Below are positions 27,218-37,705 of a stretch of 64,000 nucleotides of DNA, piece by piece. The notes under the pieces are model-generated. The model was not told the DNA's origin, made no database searches, and saw only the letters and a program-made list of their open reading frames with translations. The stretch comes from Patescibacteria group bacterium (GTDB lineage Bacteria > Patescibacteriota > Microgenomatia > UBA8517), in the NCBI GenBank assembly GCA_035291665.1, contig DATDRP010000003.1, forward strand, positions 148,549 through 212,548. Reading direction: 5' to 3'. Positions within the stretch are counted from its first letter, which is position 1, and each line of letters opens with the position of its first letter. Made by a program: the position numbers and the translations under genes.

Positions 27218-29410
27218 CTAGAGTTCGCAGGTAGAAAACCCGCAACGTTCGCATTTATAACACTTTCCGTCTTTTTTCAGTTTTATCCCGCAGGTCGGAC
27301 ATTTTTTCGTAAAAACCGGATTTTTTGATCCGCCAAATTCGAAGACCTGATCGGATTTTGTTTTATCGCGATAAACGGTCAATCCCTTACAGCCGAGTTT
27401 CCATGCCATAATATATGCTTCTTCGATATCATCAGGTGTGGTATCAGAGGGCATATTAATCGTTTTTGTGATGGCATTATCAGTCCACTTCTGAAATGAA
27501 CTTTGCATCTTAATATGGTCACGCCAGTCGATGTCGTGAGCGACTTTAAATATTTTTTTAAGATCATCCGGAATTTCATCCAGATTTTGAACACTCCCGT
27601 GATTGTCAATAATTTTTTGGATTAAAGTTTCTGAGTAAATTCCCCGTTTTTTCAAAGCTTCAACAAAAGTCGGAACAATTGTTTTGAGCCTCATCCCCTC
27701 CAAAACATTTTGTTCGTAGGCTAGTGCGAAATACGGCTCTATCCCGAAAGTTGTTTCACAAATCACCGCGTTTCCGCTTGACGGGGGAAAAGTTAATAAT
27801 GCAACGTTCCGGGGTTTTTCCTTTTTATCTGCCCAATAAGATTTTTTAACCAGAGGGAAAGGTCCTTTTTCTTTCGCAATCGCGACAGATGCAAAGAAGG
27901 CGCTTTTATACATCGTCTTTGTTACCTTCTCGGCCAGGGCAAAAGCCGGCTCTGAATCATATGGTATTTCCATTGCTGCGAGCGCATCTGCCCAACCTAC
28001 TGCTCCGATTCCAAGTCTTCGGTGAGATCGAACTGATGCGTCAACTTCGGATACCGGGAACCATGAAGCTTCAATAACGTTGTCCATCAGGCGAACCGCT
28101 ATTCCCATTACTTCTTCCAATCCGTTAAAATCAAATTTTTTATTTTTGACAAACTTCGTAAAATTGACATAACCAAGATTGCAGGACTCATACGGGTACA
28201 AAGGCACTTCCCCGCATGGGTTTGTCGCCATAATGGGACCGTATTTTCGCAGAAGTGGATTCGCAAGCGCCGTCCCTTTATTGATTGCCGAAAGATTAAT
28301 TATTCCGGGATCTCCGGTTTGCCATGCCATTGTAGACATCAGCTCAAAAACGGATTTGGCGTTTACCACATTCACAATCTCTCCTGTTCTCGGATTAATC
28401 AAATTCCAATCTTTTTCTTTTATAACTGCTTCCATAAACTCATCGGTGATTCCGACTGAGATGTTGGTTTTGCTTAAGTACCCGTCGTTTTGCTTTGAAG
28501 AAATAAAATTAAAAATATCGGGATGTGAAGCATTCAAAATTGCCATGTTGCCGCTTTCGTATTTTCCTTCCTGACGGAAAAGGCTCGTCATCAAATTAAA
28601 CATCTCAATCATTTTTACCGGTCCCGCAGCCAGATCGGGTATTCCGGCAACAGCGTCTCCTTCAGGCCGGATTTTGGAAAAATTATAACCACAGCCGCCG
28701 CCATGCTTCTTGATAAGAGTCGATTTATGGAGAATGTCAAATACAAAATTGATATCGTCTTCCATCGGCCAAACAAAACAATTGGCAAGTTGCGGTGAAA
28801 TTTTTCCGGCATTCGCAAGAGTACGTGTCCCCGGGAGAAACTGAAAATTGATCATAATATCATAAAATTTATTTTGCCAATACTTTTGCTTTTTACCCTT
28901 TTCAACTCCCGCCAAAAAACTTGCAACTCTTCCAATCATTCCTGCCGGTGTTTCGTTAATTTCGCCTTTTTCATCACGTTTCAAATACCTTCTTTTTAAA
29001 ATGTAGAGGGTGTTGTAGGAAAGTCCGATATCATCTTTGATCCCGAGGGTTGACTTATCTTGGAGGAAGTGTTTTTTGTTCTCACGATAACGGATATATT
29101 CCTGTGCTGTTTTTGCGTGACCTTTTTCAATGAGGGTTTTTTCGACAAGTTCTCCGATTTCAGCTGTTGTGATAGTTTCACCATCGGGATATCGCCCGCG
29201 AAGTACTGTCACAACTTCGTTTCCCAAAATACGTGCAAGATTTTCATCTTTCCCGCCGACTTTTTTCGCCGCCATCCATATACTGTTTATTATTTTTACC
29301 GGAGAAAATTCCTGCGTGACCCCGCTTAATTTCACCACCATCTTGACCTCCGACAAACCAATCTCAGTTGTTTTATTGGTAGTTATTTTTCTATTTGCTA
29401 AAGCTGCCAT
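27218..29410 (-). CDS. nrdJ: Class II (B12-dependent) ribonucleotide reductase paralog with ATP cone and divergent substrate motifs
   Basis: N-terminal ATP cone, ANCFV, TNPCGEVPL, ESCNLG, QKWTDNAITKTIN, KGLTVYR, C-terminal Cys ribbon. Confidence 0.88.
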   Translation of the reverse strand: MAALANRKITTNKTTEIGLSEVKMVVKLSGVTQEFSPVKIINSIWMAAKKVGGKDENLARILGNEVVTVLRGRYPDGETITTAEIGELVEKTLIEKGHAKTAQEYIRYRENKKHFLQDKSTLGIKDDIGLSYNTLYILKRRYLKRDEKGEINETPAGMIGRVASFLAGVEKGKKQKYWQNKFYDIMINFQFLPGTRTLANAGKISPQLANCFVWPMEDDINFVFDILHKSTLIKKHGGGCGYNFSKIRPEGDAVAGIPDLAAGPVKMIEMFNLMTSLFRQEGKYESGNMAILNASHPDIFNFISSKQNDGYLSKTNISVGITDEFMEAVIKEKDWNLINPRTGEIVNVVNAKSVFELMSTMAWQTGDPGIINLSAINKGTALANPLLRKYGPIMATNPCGEVPLYPYESCNLGYVNFTKFVKNKKFDFNGLEEVMGIAVRLMDNVIEASWFPVSEVDASVRSHRRLGIGAVGWADALAAMEIPYDSEPAFALAEKVTKTMYKSAFFASVAIAKEKGPFPLVKKSYWADKKEKPRNVALLTFPPSSGNAVICETTFGIEPYFALAYEQNVLEGMRLKTIVPTFVEALKKRGIYSETLIQKIIDNHGSVQNLDEIPDDLKKIFKVAHDIDWRDHIKMQSSFQKWTDNAITKTINMPSDTTPDDIEEAYIMAWKLGCKGLTVYRDKTKSDQVFEFGGSKNPVFTKKCPTCGIKLKKDGKCYKCERCGFSTCEL

Positions 29411-29493
29411 ATTTCATTAATTTAATTATCCAGGAATTAAATTACTAAACTATTAAATTATTTTCTTAATATCTTAGTATCTTTATATCTCTG

Positions 29494-32079
29494 CTAACAT
29501 TCTGAGTGTCCGCATGCATAACACTTGGAACACCCCTCCTGATATACCAAGGCAGATGAACCGCATGTCGGACAAATATCTCCGGGAACTTTAACTTCAT
29601 CAAGACTCAACTGATCTGCAACAATCTCCTGACCGCCGATATGGTTTTCGGACATGTTAAATTCATGATTGTGACTTTCTCCGTTAAGAATGGCGTTTTT
29701 ACTTTCACCGTTCTTGTATTCTCCATTTTTCGCTTCAGGCATATCGACTTTCGTCTTATCATAATGAGATAAATATCCGTTTATCTTGAAACCCATATGA
29801 ACCGATAATGCCATAGCCACCGCGTCCGGAAGCGATAAAATCTTTCTCGGGCCATAACCAACAGATCTTCTTCCGCCTATTCCCGAAAGCTGTTCTGCAA
29901 TCTCTTTAGCTCTCAATTTCGGTGAAAGGTTCCCTTTAAACCGCAGCGCTATAGAGATAGTTCTGCCAAGAGCTTCTGCCATTGCGGTGACATCACTTCC
30001 TGCTTTACCGACGTTTACAAAAAGTTCCAGCGGTTCTCCCCTTTCGTCCTGGTTCAGAGTGATAAACGCGTTCCCAACAGGAGTATTAACTTTATAGGTC
30101 GAACCGGAAACAATGAATGGTCTTTCCAAAGCCGGTTCATATGATGCATCCTTAACTTTTTCTTTCTCCTCTTTTATCCCCAAGTTAAGAACTTGCGCAT
30201 CTTTACAACCGTCACGAAAAACAGTCACTCCCTTACAATTGGTTTTCCATGCCAAAAGATATGCGGACTTGATATCATCAACCGTAACATTGTTGTTCAT
30301 GTTTATAGTTTTTGAAACGGCATTCTCCGTATATTTTTGAAAGGCTGCCTGGTGTTTAATATGCCAGTCGTGGTGAATTTCATGGGCGGTTCCGAAGACT
30401 TTCCTGGTTTCTTCATCAATCTCTTCGATTTTACCGATGACACCCTCTTCGGAAATTCTTGCTCTGATTTTTTCCGTCCAAAACCCTTTTTCATCCAGTC
30501 TTTTTTCAAGCGCCGGATTAACAAAAGTCAGAGTCCTGTCAAGACTTTTATCTTTGACAATATGCTGATACGCAAGAGCAAATAGAGGTTCAATACCCGA
30601 ACTGGATCCGGCAATTATGGAAATTGAACCCGTCGGAGCAATTGTTGTTACGGTAGAATTTCTGCGGGGTTTTTTATTTTTGTAAATACTCTGACTCCAC
30701 AACGGAAAAGGTCCCCTTTTTGCTGCCAACTTTTCCGATTCATCAAGAGATTCTTCGTATATTACTTTCATAATCTCTTCACCTAATAGAATCGCTTCTT
30801 CACTGTCGTATGCTATTTCAAGATCTGTCAGCATATCTGCCCAGCCACCGACACCCAGTCCAACTCTTCGTATCGCAAGCGAGGTCTGTCTGATTTGCGG
30901 CAGCGGATACGGATTCATTTCAATGACATTATCCAAAAATCGTGTCGACAATCTTGCCACGCTTCTTAGTTTTTCCCAATCAACTTGCTTACCGCCTGCC
31001 TGCCGGTCAGGCTGGGCAGGTAAGTCTCCGTCATCCTTTACCTCTTTCACAAAATAATTCAAAAAGATGCTCCCCAAATTGCAGGAATCATAAGGGTAGA
31101 GCGGCTGTTCCCCGCATGGATTTGTTGATTCAATCGGTCCGAGCATCGGAACCGGATTAGCCAATGAATTATTAATTCTGTCAATAAAAATCATTCCCGG
31201 ATCTCCCGTCTTCCAGGCACCTTTTGCAATTTCATCAAATACTTCCCTCGCATCAAGTGTGCCCACCTTCTCCCCGTGGCGCGGTTCATAAAGGTTATAT
31301 TTTGACCCTTCATCATATGCTTTCATAAACTCATCCGTAACGGCTACAGAGATGTTGAAATTTGTAATCCCGCCCTCTTCCTTGCAATGAATAAATTCCA
31401 TAATATCGGGGTGATCAACTCTTAATATTCCCATATTAGCTCCGCGCCTTCTGCCGCCTTGTTTTATTTCATTTGTTGCCGCGTCAAAGATGCTCATGAA
31501 GGAAACAGGGCCGGATGCGGTTCCGTGACTTGATTTTACTGTGGCGCCTCTTGGCCGCAGTCTGGAAAAAGAAAACCCCGTTCCTCCACCCGTCTGATGA
31601 ATTAGAGCCTGATATTTGATGGCATCAAAAATTTCAACAAGAGAGTCTCCCACAGGAAGAACAAAACACGCAGAGTATTGAAGACCGTTTCCGGTTCCGG
31701 CATTCATCAATGTCGGAGAATTGGGTAAAAACTCATGAGTCAGTAAAAGATGGTAAAATTCTCTCGCGATTTTGACAACATCATTTCTTGACCCTCCCCA
31801 TTTTGCCTCAGCGGACGCAATATCCCAGGCAACACGCCAACACATTTCTTCGGGGGTTTCAATAACATTTAAGTTTTCGTCTTTTATCAAATAGCGTTCA
31901 GCCAAAACCTTTAACGACTGTTCTGTCCAATTGCCCGATGTTAGATCTGCCGGCATCTTCGGCCTTTTACCGACTTTTCGTTCTATAAGACTAAGAAGCT
32001 CCTTATGTAATCCAAACTCAAAATCTTCCAAACGAAGATTATCAACTTTTTTAGGTGTTCTTGTTTTACTTCTTACCAT
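29494..32079 (-). CDS. nrdJ: Class II (B12-dependent) ribonucleotide reductase with C-terminal TSCPD-like domain
   Basis: PNSPTLMNAG, SACFV, QGGRRRGANM, TNPCGEQPL, TIAPTGSIS, terminal CPTC...EGCSKCYACGHSEC. Confidence 0.95.
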   Translation of the reverse strand: MVRSKTRTPKKVDNLRLEDFEFGLHKELLSLIERKVGKRPKMPADLTSGNWTEQSLKVLAERYLIKDENLNVIETPEEMCWRVAWDIASAEAKWGGSRNDVVKIAREFYHLLLTHEFLPNSPTLMNAGTGNGLQYSACFVLPVGDSLVEIFDAIKYQALIHQTGGGTGFSFSRLRPRGATVKSSHGTASGPVSFMSIFDAATNEIKQGGRRRGANMGILRVDHPDIMEFIHCKEEGGITNFNISVAVTDEFMKAYDEGSKYNLYEPRHGEKVGTLDAREVFDEIAKGAWKTGDPGMIFIDRINNSLANPVPMLGPIESTNPCGEQPLYPYDSCNLGSIFLNYFVKEVKDDGDLPAQPDRQAGGKQVDWEKLRSVARLSTRFLDNVIEMNPYPLPQIRQTSLAIRRVGLGVGGWADMLTDLEIAYDSEEAILLGEEIMKVIYEESLDESEKLAAKRGPFPLWSQSIYKNKKPRRNSTVTTIAPTGSISIIAGSSSGIEPLFALAYQHIVKDKSLDRTLTFVNPALEKRLDEKGFWTEKIRARISEEGVIGKIEEIDEETRKVFGTAHEIHHDWHIKHQAAFQKYTENAVSKTINMNNNVTVDDIKSAYLLAWKTNCKGVTVFRDGCKDAQVLNLGIKEEKEKVKDASYEPALERPFIVSGSTYKVNTPVGNAFITLNQDERGEPLELFVNVGKAGSDVTAMAEALGRTISIALRFKGNLSPKLRAKEIAEQLSGIGGRRSVGYGPRKILSLPDAVAMALSVHMGFKINGYLSHYDKTKVDMPEAKNGEYKNGESKNAILNGESHNHEFNMSENHIGGQEIVADQLSLDEVKVPGDICPTCGSSALVYQEGCSKCYACGHSEC
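30988..31024. repeat. REP-like palindrome, in frame within nrdJ
   Basis: CTTACC-GCCTGCCTGCCGGTCAGGCTGGGCA-GGTAAG encoding LPAQPDRQAGG. Confidence 0.7.
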
Positions 32080-32081
32080 GT

Positions 32082-32522
32082 TTAATCTTTCATTGCTTTT
32101 GCAAAATCCTCCAGATCTTCAAACTGCATATAGACGCTCGCAAATCTAAGCCAAGCAACTTTATCTATTTTTCGTAATCTTTTTAAAACTGCATTCCCGA
32201 TTGCCTTACTTGAAACTTCCTCGTTTTGTTTTTTAAGCATTTCGCGCTCGACTTTATCGACAAGATCGTTTATAAGATCCATTGATACCGGACGTTTCTC
32301 CACCGCCCTCAGGATTCCTTTTTTAACCTTTTCCCTGTCAAAAGCTTCACGCCGGCCATCCTTTTTAATTACCCAAAGTGCATTTCCGCCGACCCTCTCA
32401 TAAGTAGTGAAGCGCTTGGAACATTTCAAACATTCCCGTCTTCTTCGTATAGATTTACCCTCATCAACACTCCTGCTTTCCAAAACTTGAGAATTGATGC
32501 TTGCACAAAAAGGACACCGCAT
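32082..32522 (-). CDS. nrdR: Transcriptional repressor NrdR
   Basis: MRCPFC, IRRRRECLKC..RFTTYE, ATP cone, LRFASVY. Confidence 0.97.
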   Translation of the reverse strand: MRCPFCASINSQVLESRSVDEGKSIRRRRECLKCSKRFTTYERVGGNALWVIKKDGRREAFDREKVKKGILRAVEKRPVSMDLINDLVDKVEREMLKKQNEEVSSKAIGNAVLKRLRKIDKVAWLRFASVYMQFEDLEDFAKAMKD

Positions 32523-32671
32523 AAAAATAATCCGAATAAAGTTAAAAATACCAATCTACTTGATCATACGAATATTTAGTGCTCAGGTTTTACGTATTTG
32601 GATCTATTCGTATTCATTGGAATTATTCGTATTATTGAGCATCATTTGGTTTTCATGAATGAAAATAAAAA

Positions 32672-32718
32672 ATACTACCTATAGCGTCGAGTGAATGATG
32701 AAACACTACCCCTGTATA
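32672..32718. promoter_or_regulatory. Tandem NrdR-box candidates next to a TTGACA -35 element
   Basis: ATACTACCTATAGCGT (32672) and weaker ACACTACCCCTGTATA (32703), 31 bp apart; minus-strand TTGACA at 32719-32724. Confidence 0.55.
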
Positions 32719-32891
32719 TGTCAACTGACAAAAAGTAGATCATAAACCATCATATTTTTATATTTCGAAGCTAATATTGCTCCTGGGGAAAAACAATTGA
32801 CGTAATATATGAATTATAAATATAGGTCTATGTCAGAAGTGTCAATAAGACAATGAACAACTGGGTAAATGTTAGTAGGTAATATATTCAG

Positions 32892-33515
32892 TTATTGCCA
32901 GTTATACGGATTTTCCGGAGCTGTTAAACCCTGCTCCAACAATGAATTCATAGAGCGTTGATAGCAAGTCTTTGGGATATCCTGAATACTTCTAATGCCT
33001 GGCTTCGCATCGTCAGGAGCGATTTCCAAGATTTCGTCCATCACCTGATAATGTTTTAGTGCCGCTTTCGAAAGACGGGTACTGAATTCTTTCGTATCGA
33101 CTCCCGACTTTCTGACACCTTCTTCGGCTAAATATGCTTCTTCGAGATATTTTTCCGCTTTAGTCAGAGTGGAATATGCAATTTCGTTTTTTCCGTTTGA
33201 AAACAGGATTTTCGCTCCACCGATTCTTTTATCTGCAAACAAGAGCTTAAGCTCTGCTTTTTTCAAATCACCCGTTGTTGCAAACAACCACAACCTATCC
33301 CGGACTACTTTCAACGGCCAAAAAACACTGTCGGGTAAAACCTTTCCGGGATACGCCAACTCATAATCAATTGTAAAATTATTATCCCCCATAACAGACG
33401 GGTTATTTTGCGCAGTAAATTCATACCTGACAGCAGCAGTTCTGAAAATGGAAGTTAGTAAAATTGCAAACGCAAAAACAAGAGTCGCAACTATTACAAA
33501 AGCTTTCTGAATCAT
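32892..33515 (-). CDS. Membrane-anchored helical protein (DUF5667-like)
   Basis: N-terminal TM, PGKVLPDS.FWPLK..RD, ADKR motifs. Confidence 0.7.
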   Translation of the reverse strand: MIQKAFVIVATLVFAFAILLTSIFRTAAVRYEFTAQNNPSVMGDNNFTIDYELAYPGKVLPDSVFWPLKVVRDRLWLFATTGDLKKAELKLLFADKRIGGAKILFSNGKNEIAYSTLTKAEKYLEEAYLAEEGVRKSGVDTKEFSTRLSKAALKHYQVMDEILEIAPDDAKPGIRSIQDIPKTCYQRSMNSLLEQGLTAPENPYNWQ

Positions 33516-33567
33516 AAATACTATACTATTCTACTTCAGCCTTATTCTCCGGTCAAACAATAGTCTT

Positions 33568-34227
33568 TCATCTGAACAAAATCACCGGCCATTCCCACAA
33601 TACATGAAGTAAGACCGATGAAGAAATATTTTTTGTTCTTGCATAAACAAATGCCGACCCGATTCCGTAAATCAAAGTTAAGACCGCCATCACTGCAATT
33701 GCGTAACTCTCAAGGTTCCATACAAAAATCATTATCGGTAAATGTAAAAGCATCCACATTACACTGGAAGTCAGGTTTGCCACTAATTCATTCTTAATTG
33801 CGATTTTCAGTCTTCCGAAAATGTATCCCCGGAAAACAACTTCTTCAACAAAAGCGGTTGCAAAAGAAATTAATATTGATACCAAAATGGGATCTTCACC
33901 GATATTCGCCGTCAAATGCAAAGATTTGTGTTTTAAAATATTGACAACCAGTCCTGTGGCTGCAAATCCGATACCCAAACTGATAGTCAGATACATTGAT
34001 GAAAAAAGATTCTTACCCGTCAAACCGAAATCTTTAACTTTAAGTTTCTCACGCTGCGATATGATAACTAATGGCAGAAGCCAAATTATTGGTTTAATCA
34101 GAAACTCTTCGAATTCATCCCCAAATTGAAAAAATTTCCGATAAAAACTCCACACCAAGACCAAATAAAAAAAATATACGACAGCTGTCTTTGTGGATCC
34201 GGTTTTACCCCCCGAAGTTGTTGTCAT
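33568..34227 (-). CDS. CPBP/Abi family intramembrane metalloprotease
   Basis: EEVVFRG, LLHL, LLHVLW motifs and TM helices. Confidence 0.88.
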   Translation of the reverse strand: MTTTSGGKTGSTKTAVVYFFYLVLVWSFYRKFFQFGDEFEEFLIKPIIWLLPLVIISQREKLKVKDFGLTGKNLFSSMYLTISLGIGFAATGLVVNILKHKSLHLTANIGEDPILVSILISFATAFVEEVVFRGYIFGRLKIAIKNELVANLTSSVMWMLLHLPIMIFVWNLESYAIAVMAVLTLIYGIGSAFVYARTKNISSSVLLHVLWEWPVILFR

Positions 34228-34311
34228 TAATTAAATATACAATACCAAGACATACTTTTTGAATCGCAAAATAATTATTTGCCGTAATTGTAAACTTGAC
34301 TGAAAGTGTAA

Positions 34312-34851
34312 CTATTGAAGATTGCATTCCGTCATCATCTGGTCCATTGCAAATATTACTTTATCGACGCACCCCCTCGCTTCCTCGAGCGAAATTGCAT
34401 TTCTTTCGTTCGGAAACCAATGGAACAAAAGGTTTCTGCAGTCTTTCCAGGTGCTCCAAAGTGTTTTCGCCAAAGCTTCACCGCTGCAGTATTTTACAAC
34501 TTTATCATAGACCCCCTCGCTTATCCGAAGACGCTTTTCAAGCGATGGGTTCAAAGCTTTCCCAATCCTGAAGTGTTTCCCGAAATAATCCTCTTCGGTA
34601 ATAAAACCTAAGTCCAAGAAAACTTTTTTCAAAAATCCTTCATACGCTTTGGCAGCAGGAAAAACTATAAAAGAGTAATCGTGAAACTTATGCCTATTGA
34701 AGGAGTCGTACTTAATTCTCGAAGTGATATCTTTCTCCCATTTTTCGGCAGTTTTTGTTAAAAGAATTGACTGCAGAATCAATTCTCTTATATCCTCGTG
34801 CACATAGTTCCACCATTTCTTTTCGTTTATCAACCCTTTTGAATCGTTCAT
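34312..34851 (-). CDS. RnlA/LsoA-like HEPN domain protein
   Basis: DYSFIVFPAAKAYEGFLK and Rx4H motif RNLLFH; start could extend to 34926. Confidence 0.7.
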   Translation of the reverse strand: MNDSKGLINEKKWWNYVHEDIRELILQSILLTKTAEKWEKDITSRIKYDSFNRHKFHDYSFIVFPAAKAYEGFLKKVFLDLGFITEEDYFGKHFRIGKALNPSLEKRLRISEGVYDKVVKYCSGEALAKTLWSTWKDCRNLLFHWFPNERNAISLEEARGCVDKVIFAMDQMMTECNLQ

Positions 34852-35014
34852 AATTTTCAATTGAAAATACAATATCTGTGAATCCAAACCCAATGCCCAC
34901 CAGTTTTGGACATGCTTCTCCAACATAGTAACAAACTTAATAATCTCTTACCAGGTGAATTCGTAAATCAATTTAAATTTTACTCAGTATTGATACTGAG
35001 CTTGTGGAATGTAT

Positions 35015-35050
35015 CAATTCATCCCAGCCCAGGGCGGGGTTTTCTTGAAA
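35015..35050 (+). mobile_element. IS200/IS605-like end hairpin remnant
   Basis: CAATTCATCCC...GGGGTTTTCTTGAA, same motif as 40420-40454. Confidence 0.55.
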
Positions 35051-35183
35051 CCGAAATAAATATATAATTGAGTGCACAAAAATTTGATTACTTACAGGCT
35101 TCCTAAAAAACCAGAGGGAGCCTTGTTTGTATATACCAAAGACTACTTTTATCGGCGACTTTGGTTTTTTGATCACTTACAAT

Positions 35184-37550
35184 ATGGCGAAAAGAAAAAA
35201 AGTAAATATTACTTCCCGGAGAGTTAAGGCTAAGATGCCCGAAAAACGTAACCGCTTGGTGGGTAGTCATAAAAAAATACTTAAAAAAATTAAGAAGATA
35301 CCCTTGCGAGCGAGGCTGTTAATTTCAACACTCGTTGTTGGAGCTATCGGAGCGTTTGGGGTATTTATTTGGCTTATCTGGGGAATACCGAATCCCAAAA
35401 ACCTTCTGGAATCAAGAGTACCCGTTTCGACAAAACTTTATGACCGTAACGGTAAACTTATTTATGAAATCTATACAGATAAAAAAAGCACTCCTGTTGA
35501 CATCAAAGAACTGCCGCAATATGTCCTTGATGCAACAATCGCAATCGAAGATAAAGATTTCTACAAACACCACGGATTTTCTCTGTCAGGAATAACAAGA
35601 GCCTTATATAAAACTATTTTCAAACAAAAACTTGAAGGTGGTTCTACTCTTACGCAGCAACTGGTTAAAAATACACTCCTGACACCCGAACGAACAATTA
35701 AAAGAAAAGCTAAGGAACTTGTTCTGACAATATATGTCGAATTCGCTTATTCAAAAGAGGACATCTTGTCCTTATATCTTAACCAAATCCCGTATGGTTC
35801 AACTGCTTATGGGATCGGTGCAGCAAGCGAGCTCTACTTCGGGAAAAATGCAAAGGATTTATCACTTGCCGAAGCGGCACTCCTATCCGGTCTTCCGGCG
35901 GCGCCTACAAAATATTCACCATTCGGAGCCTATCCAGAACTTGCCAAAAAACGACAGGAAACAGTTCTTCGACGGATGGTTGAAGACGGTAAAATAAACC
36001 AAGAAGAGTCTGATAAAGCAAAAGATGAAGATTTAAAATATGCAACTACTGAGAGATTTACTGCGCCGCACTTTGCGCTTTGGGTAAAAGATATACTGGC
36101 GGAAAAGTATGGTGACCAGGTTGTGGAACAGGGTGGCTTGAGGGTTAAAACCACACTCGATCTTGATCTGCAAAAAATTGCCGAAAGTACGGTTGCTGAG
36201 GAAGTAAGTGATCTTTCAAAACAAAATGTCGGCAACGGCGCTGCCCTGGTTACAAAACCAAAAACCGGAGAGATTCTTGCCATGGTTGGCTCGAAAGATT
36301 ATTTTGCCCGCGATGAAGACGGAAAAGTTAATATAATTTTCGCACACCGTCAGCCCGGTTCGTCTATCAAGCCTTTAAATTACGCGCTTGCCCTTAAAGA
36401 TAAAAAAATCACCCTTTCTACTCCCCTGGCTGACGTCCCGACGTGTTTTGGGGTTTTTAGGCAACCTTCATACTGCCCTGTTAACTATGACGGTGGTTTC
36501 CATGGAGCCATTCAACCAAGATTCGCACTTGGAAATTCATATAACATTCCTGCTGTGCGGGTGCTGGCGCTTAATGGACTTGAAAACTTTATAGAATTTG
36601 CGACAAATATGGGAATAACCACTTTTTCCGATCCAAAAAATTACGGACTCTCTCTGACTCTTGGGGGCGGCGAAGTGCGACCGATCGATATGGCCGTTGC
36701 CTTCGGAGTGTTTGCAAACGAAGGAGTCAAAATCCCCCTTAATCCAATCCTTAAAGTCGAAAAGTGGACAGGCGAAGTCCTGGAAGAAGTAAATCCGAAA
36801 GACGCTGAAGGTGACAGAATAATTGATCCTGAGGTTTCATTTTTAATATCACATGTGCTCCACGACAATAACGCGAGGTCGGCAGCGTTCGGATCAAGCT
36901 CATACCTGAATGTAAAAGGCCATCCTGAAGTCTCAGTTAAAACTGGTACCACAAATGAACGCCGGGATAACTGGACTATCGGATATACACCGCAAATACT
37001 GGCACTTTCATGGGTTGGAAACAACGACAATACCGAAATGAGCGGTGCAGTCTCAGGAGTATCCGGAGCGTCTCCGATTTGGAATGCGATTGTTAAAGAA
37101 GCTTTAGATAAAGCAGAGAAAGGATTATACGATATGAAAGATGGCCAACCTGATGAAACAGTTGCAAAGGCCGGACACTCCTGGCCAAGGCAACCTGAAG
37201 GTATTGTCGGATCGAATGTTTGTGCAACGTCGGGAAATTTACCCGGCGGCCAGGATGCCCCTGACTGTCCAACAAGATTTGAGTATTTCCTTAAAGATGC
37301 AGTGGGGGCTGGAATCGAGACCGGCAGAAAAGATGTATCAATTGACAAAACCAACGGCAGTCTTGCGGTAAACCCGGATCTTCCACCTGATGTTATTGAA
37401 AACCAAAACCACCCCTTCCTGCTGGACCCATTGGGAACACTGGTGTGCTTGGATTGTCCTCTTCCCCAAAGCCCCGTTATTATTTCGTATCCTTTGACTT
37501 CAATTACACACCCAAGTCGACCGAACGTCGAAAACAATCAAAATAATTGA
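35184..37550 (+). CDS. Class A penicillin-binding protein (PBP1A family)
   Basis: EDKDFYKHHG, GGSTLTQQ, YLNQI, SSIK, SYN, KTGT. Confidence 0.95.
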   Translation: MAKRKKVNITSRRVKAKMPEKRNRLVGSHKKILKKIKKIPLRARLLISTLVVGAIGAFGVFIWLIWGIPNPKNLLESRVPVSTKLYDRNGKLIYEIYTDKKSTPVDIKELPQYVLDATIAIEDKDFYKHHGFSLSGITRALYKTIFKQKLEGGSTLTQQLVKNTLLTPERTIKRKAKELVLTIYVEFAYSKEDILSLYLNQIPYGSTAYGIGAASELYFGKNAKDLSLAEAALLSGLPAAPTKYSPFGAYPELAKKRQETVLRRMVEDGKINQEESDKAKDEDLKYATTERFTAPHFALWVKDILAEKYGDQVVEQGGLRVKTTLDLDLQKIAESTVAEEVSDLSKQNVGNGAALVTKPKTGEILAMVGSKDYFARDEDGKVNIIFAHRQPGSSIKPLNYALALKDKKITLSTPLADVPTCFGVFRQPSYCPVNYDGGFHGAIQPRFALGNSYNIPAVRVLALNGLENFIEFATNMGITTFSDPKNYGLSLTLGGGEVRPIDMAVAFGVFANEGVKIPLNPILKVEKWTGEVLEEVNPKDAEGDRIIDPEVSFLISHVLHDNNARSAAFGSSSYLNVKGHPEVSVKTGTTNERRDNWTIGYTPQILALSWVGNNDNTEMSGAVSGVSGASPIWNAIVKEALDKAEKGLYDMKDGQPDETVAKAGHSWPRQPEGIVGSNVCATSGNLPGGQDAPDCPTRFEYFLKDAVGAGIETGRKDVSIDKTNGSLAVNPDLPPDVIENQNHPFLLDPLGTLVCLDCPLPQSPVIISYPLTSITHPSRPNVENNQNN

Positions 37551-37705
37551 TTCTCATGATATTATGATAGTCTTCACTGATTATATTATCTCCCCAGCGC
37601 TCATTCGAGCTTTTCAGCAGTTTGTATCTATGAATTAATTCATAGATACAAGATGTAAGAGTTATATTATTTTACTCGGAAATCGGTGGGTATATAATCT
37701 TATTA

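Noticed and set aside
27218-32079. Inteins or a split single RNR
   Set aside because: Each ORF has its own full set of catalytic motifs and no intein splice-junction signatures.
36641-37537. 298-aa minus-strand ORF
   Set aside because: Antisense shadow of the PBP gene with no family motifs; the same applies to most short overlapping ORFs in the track.
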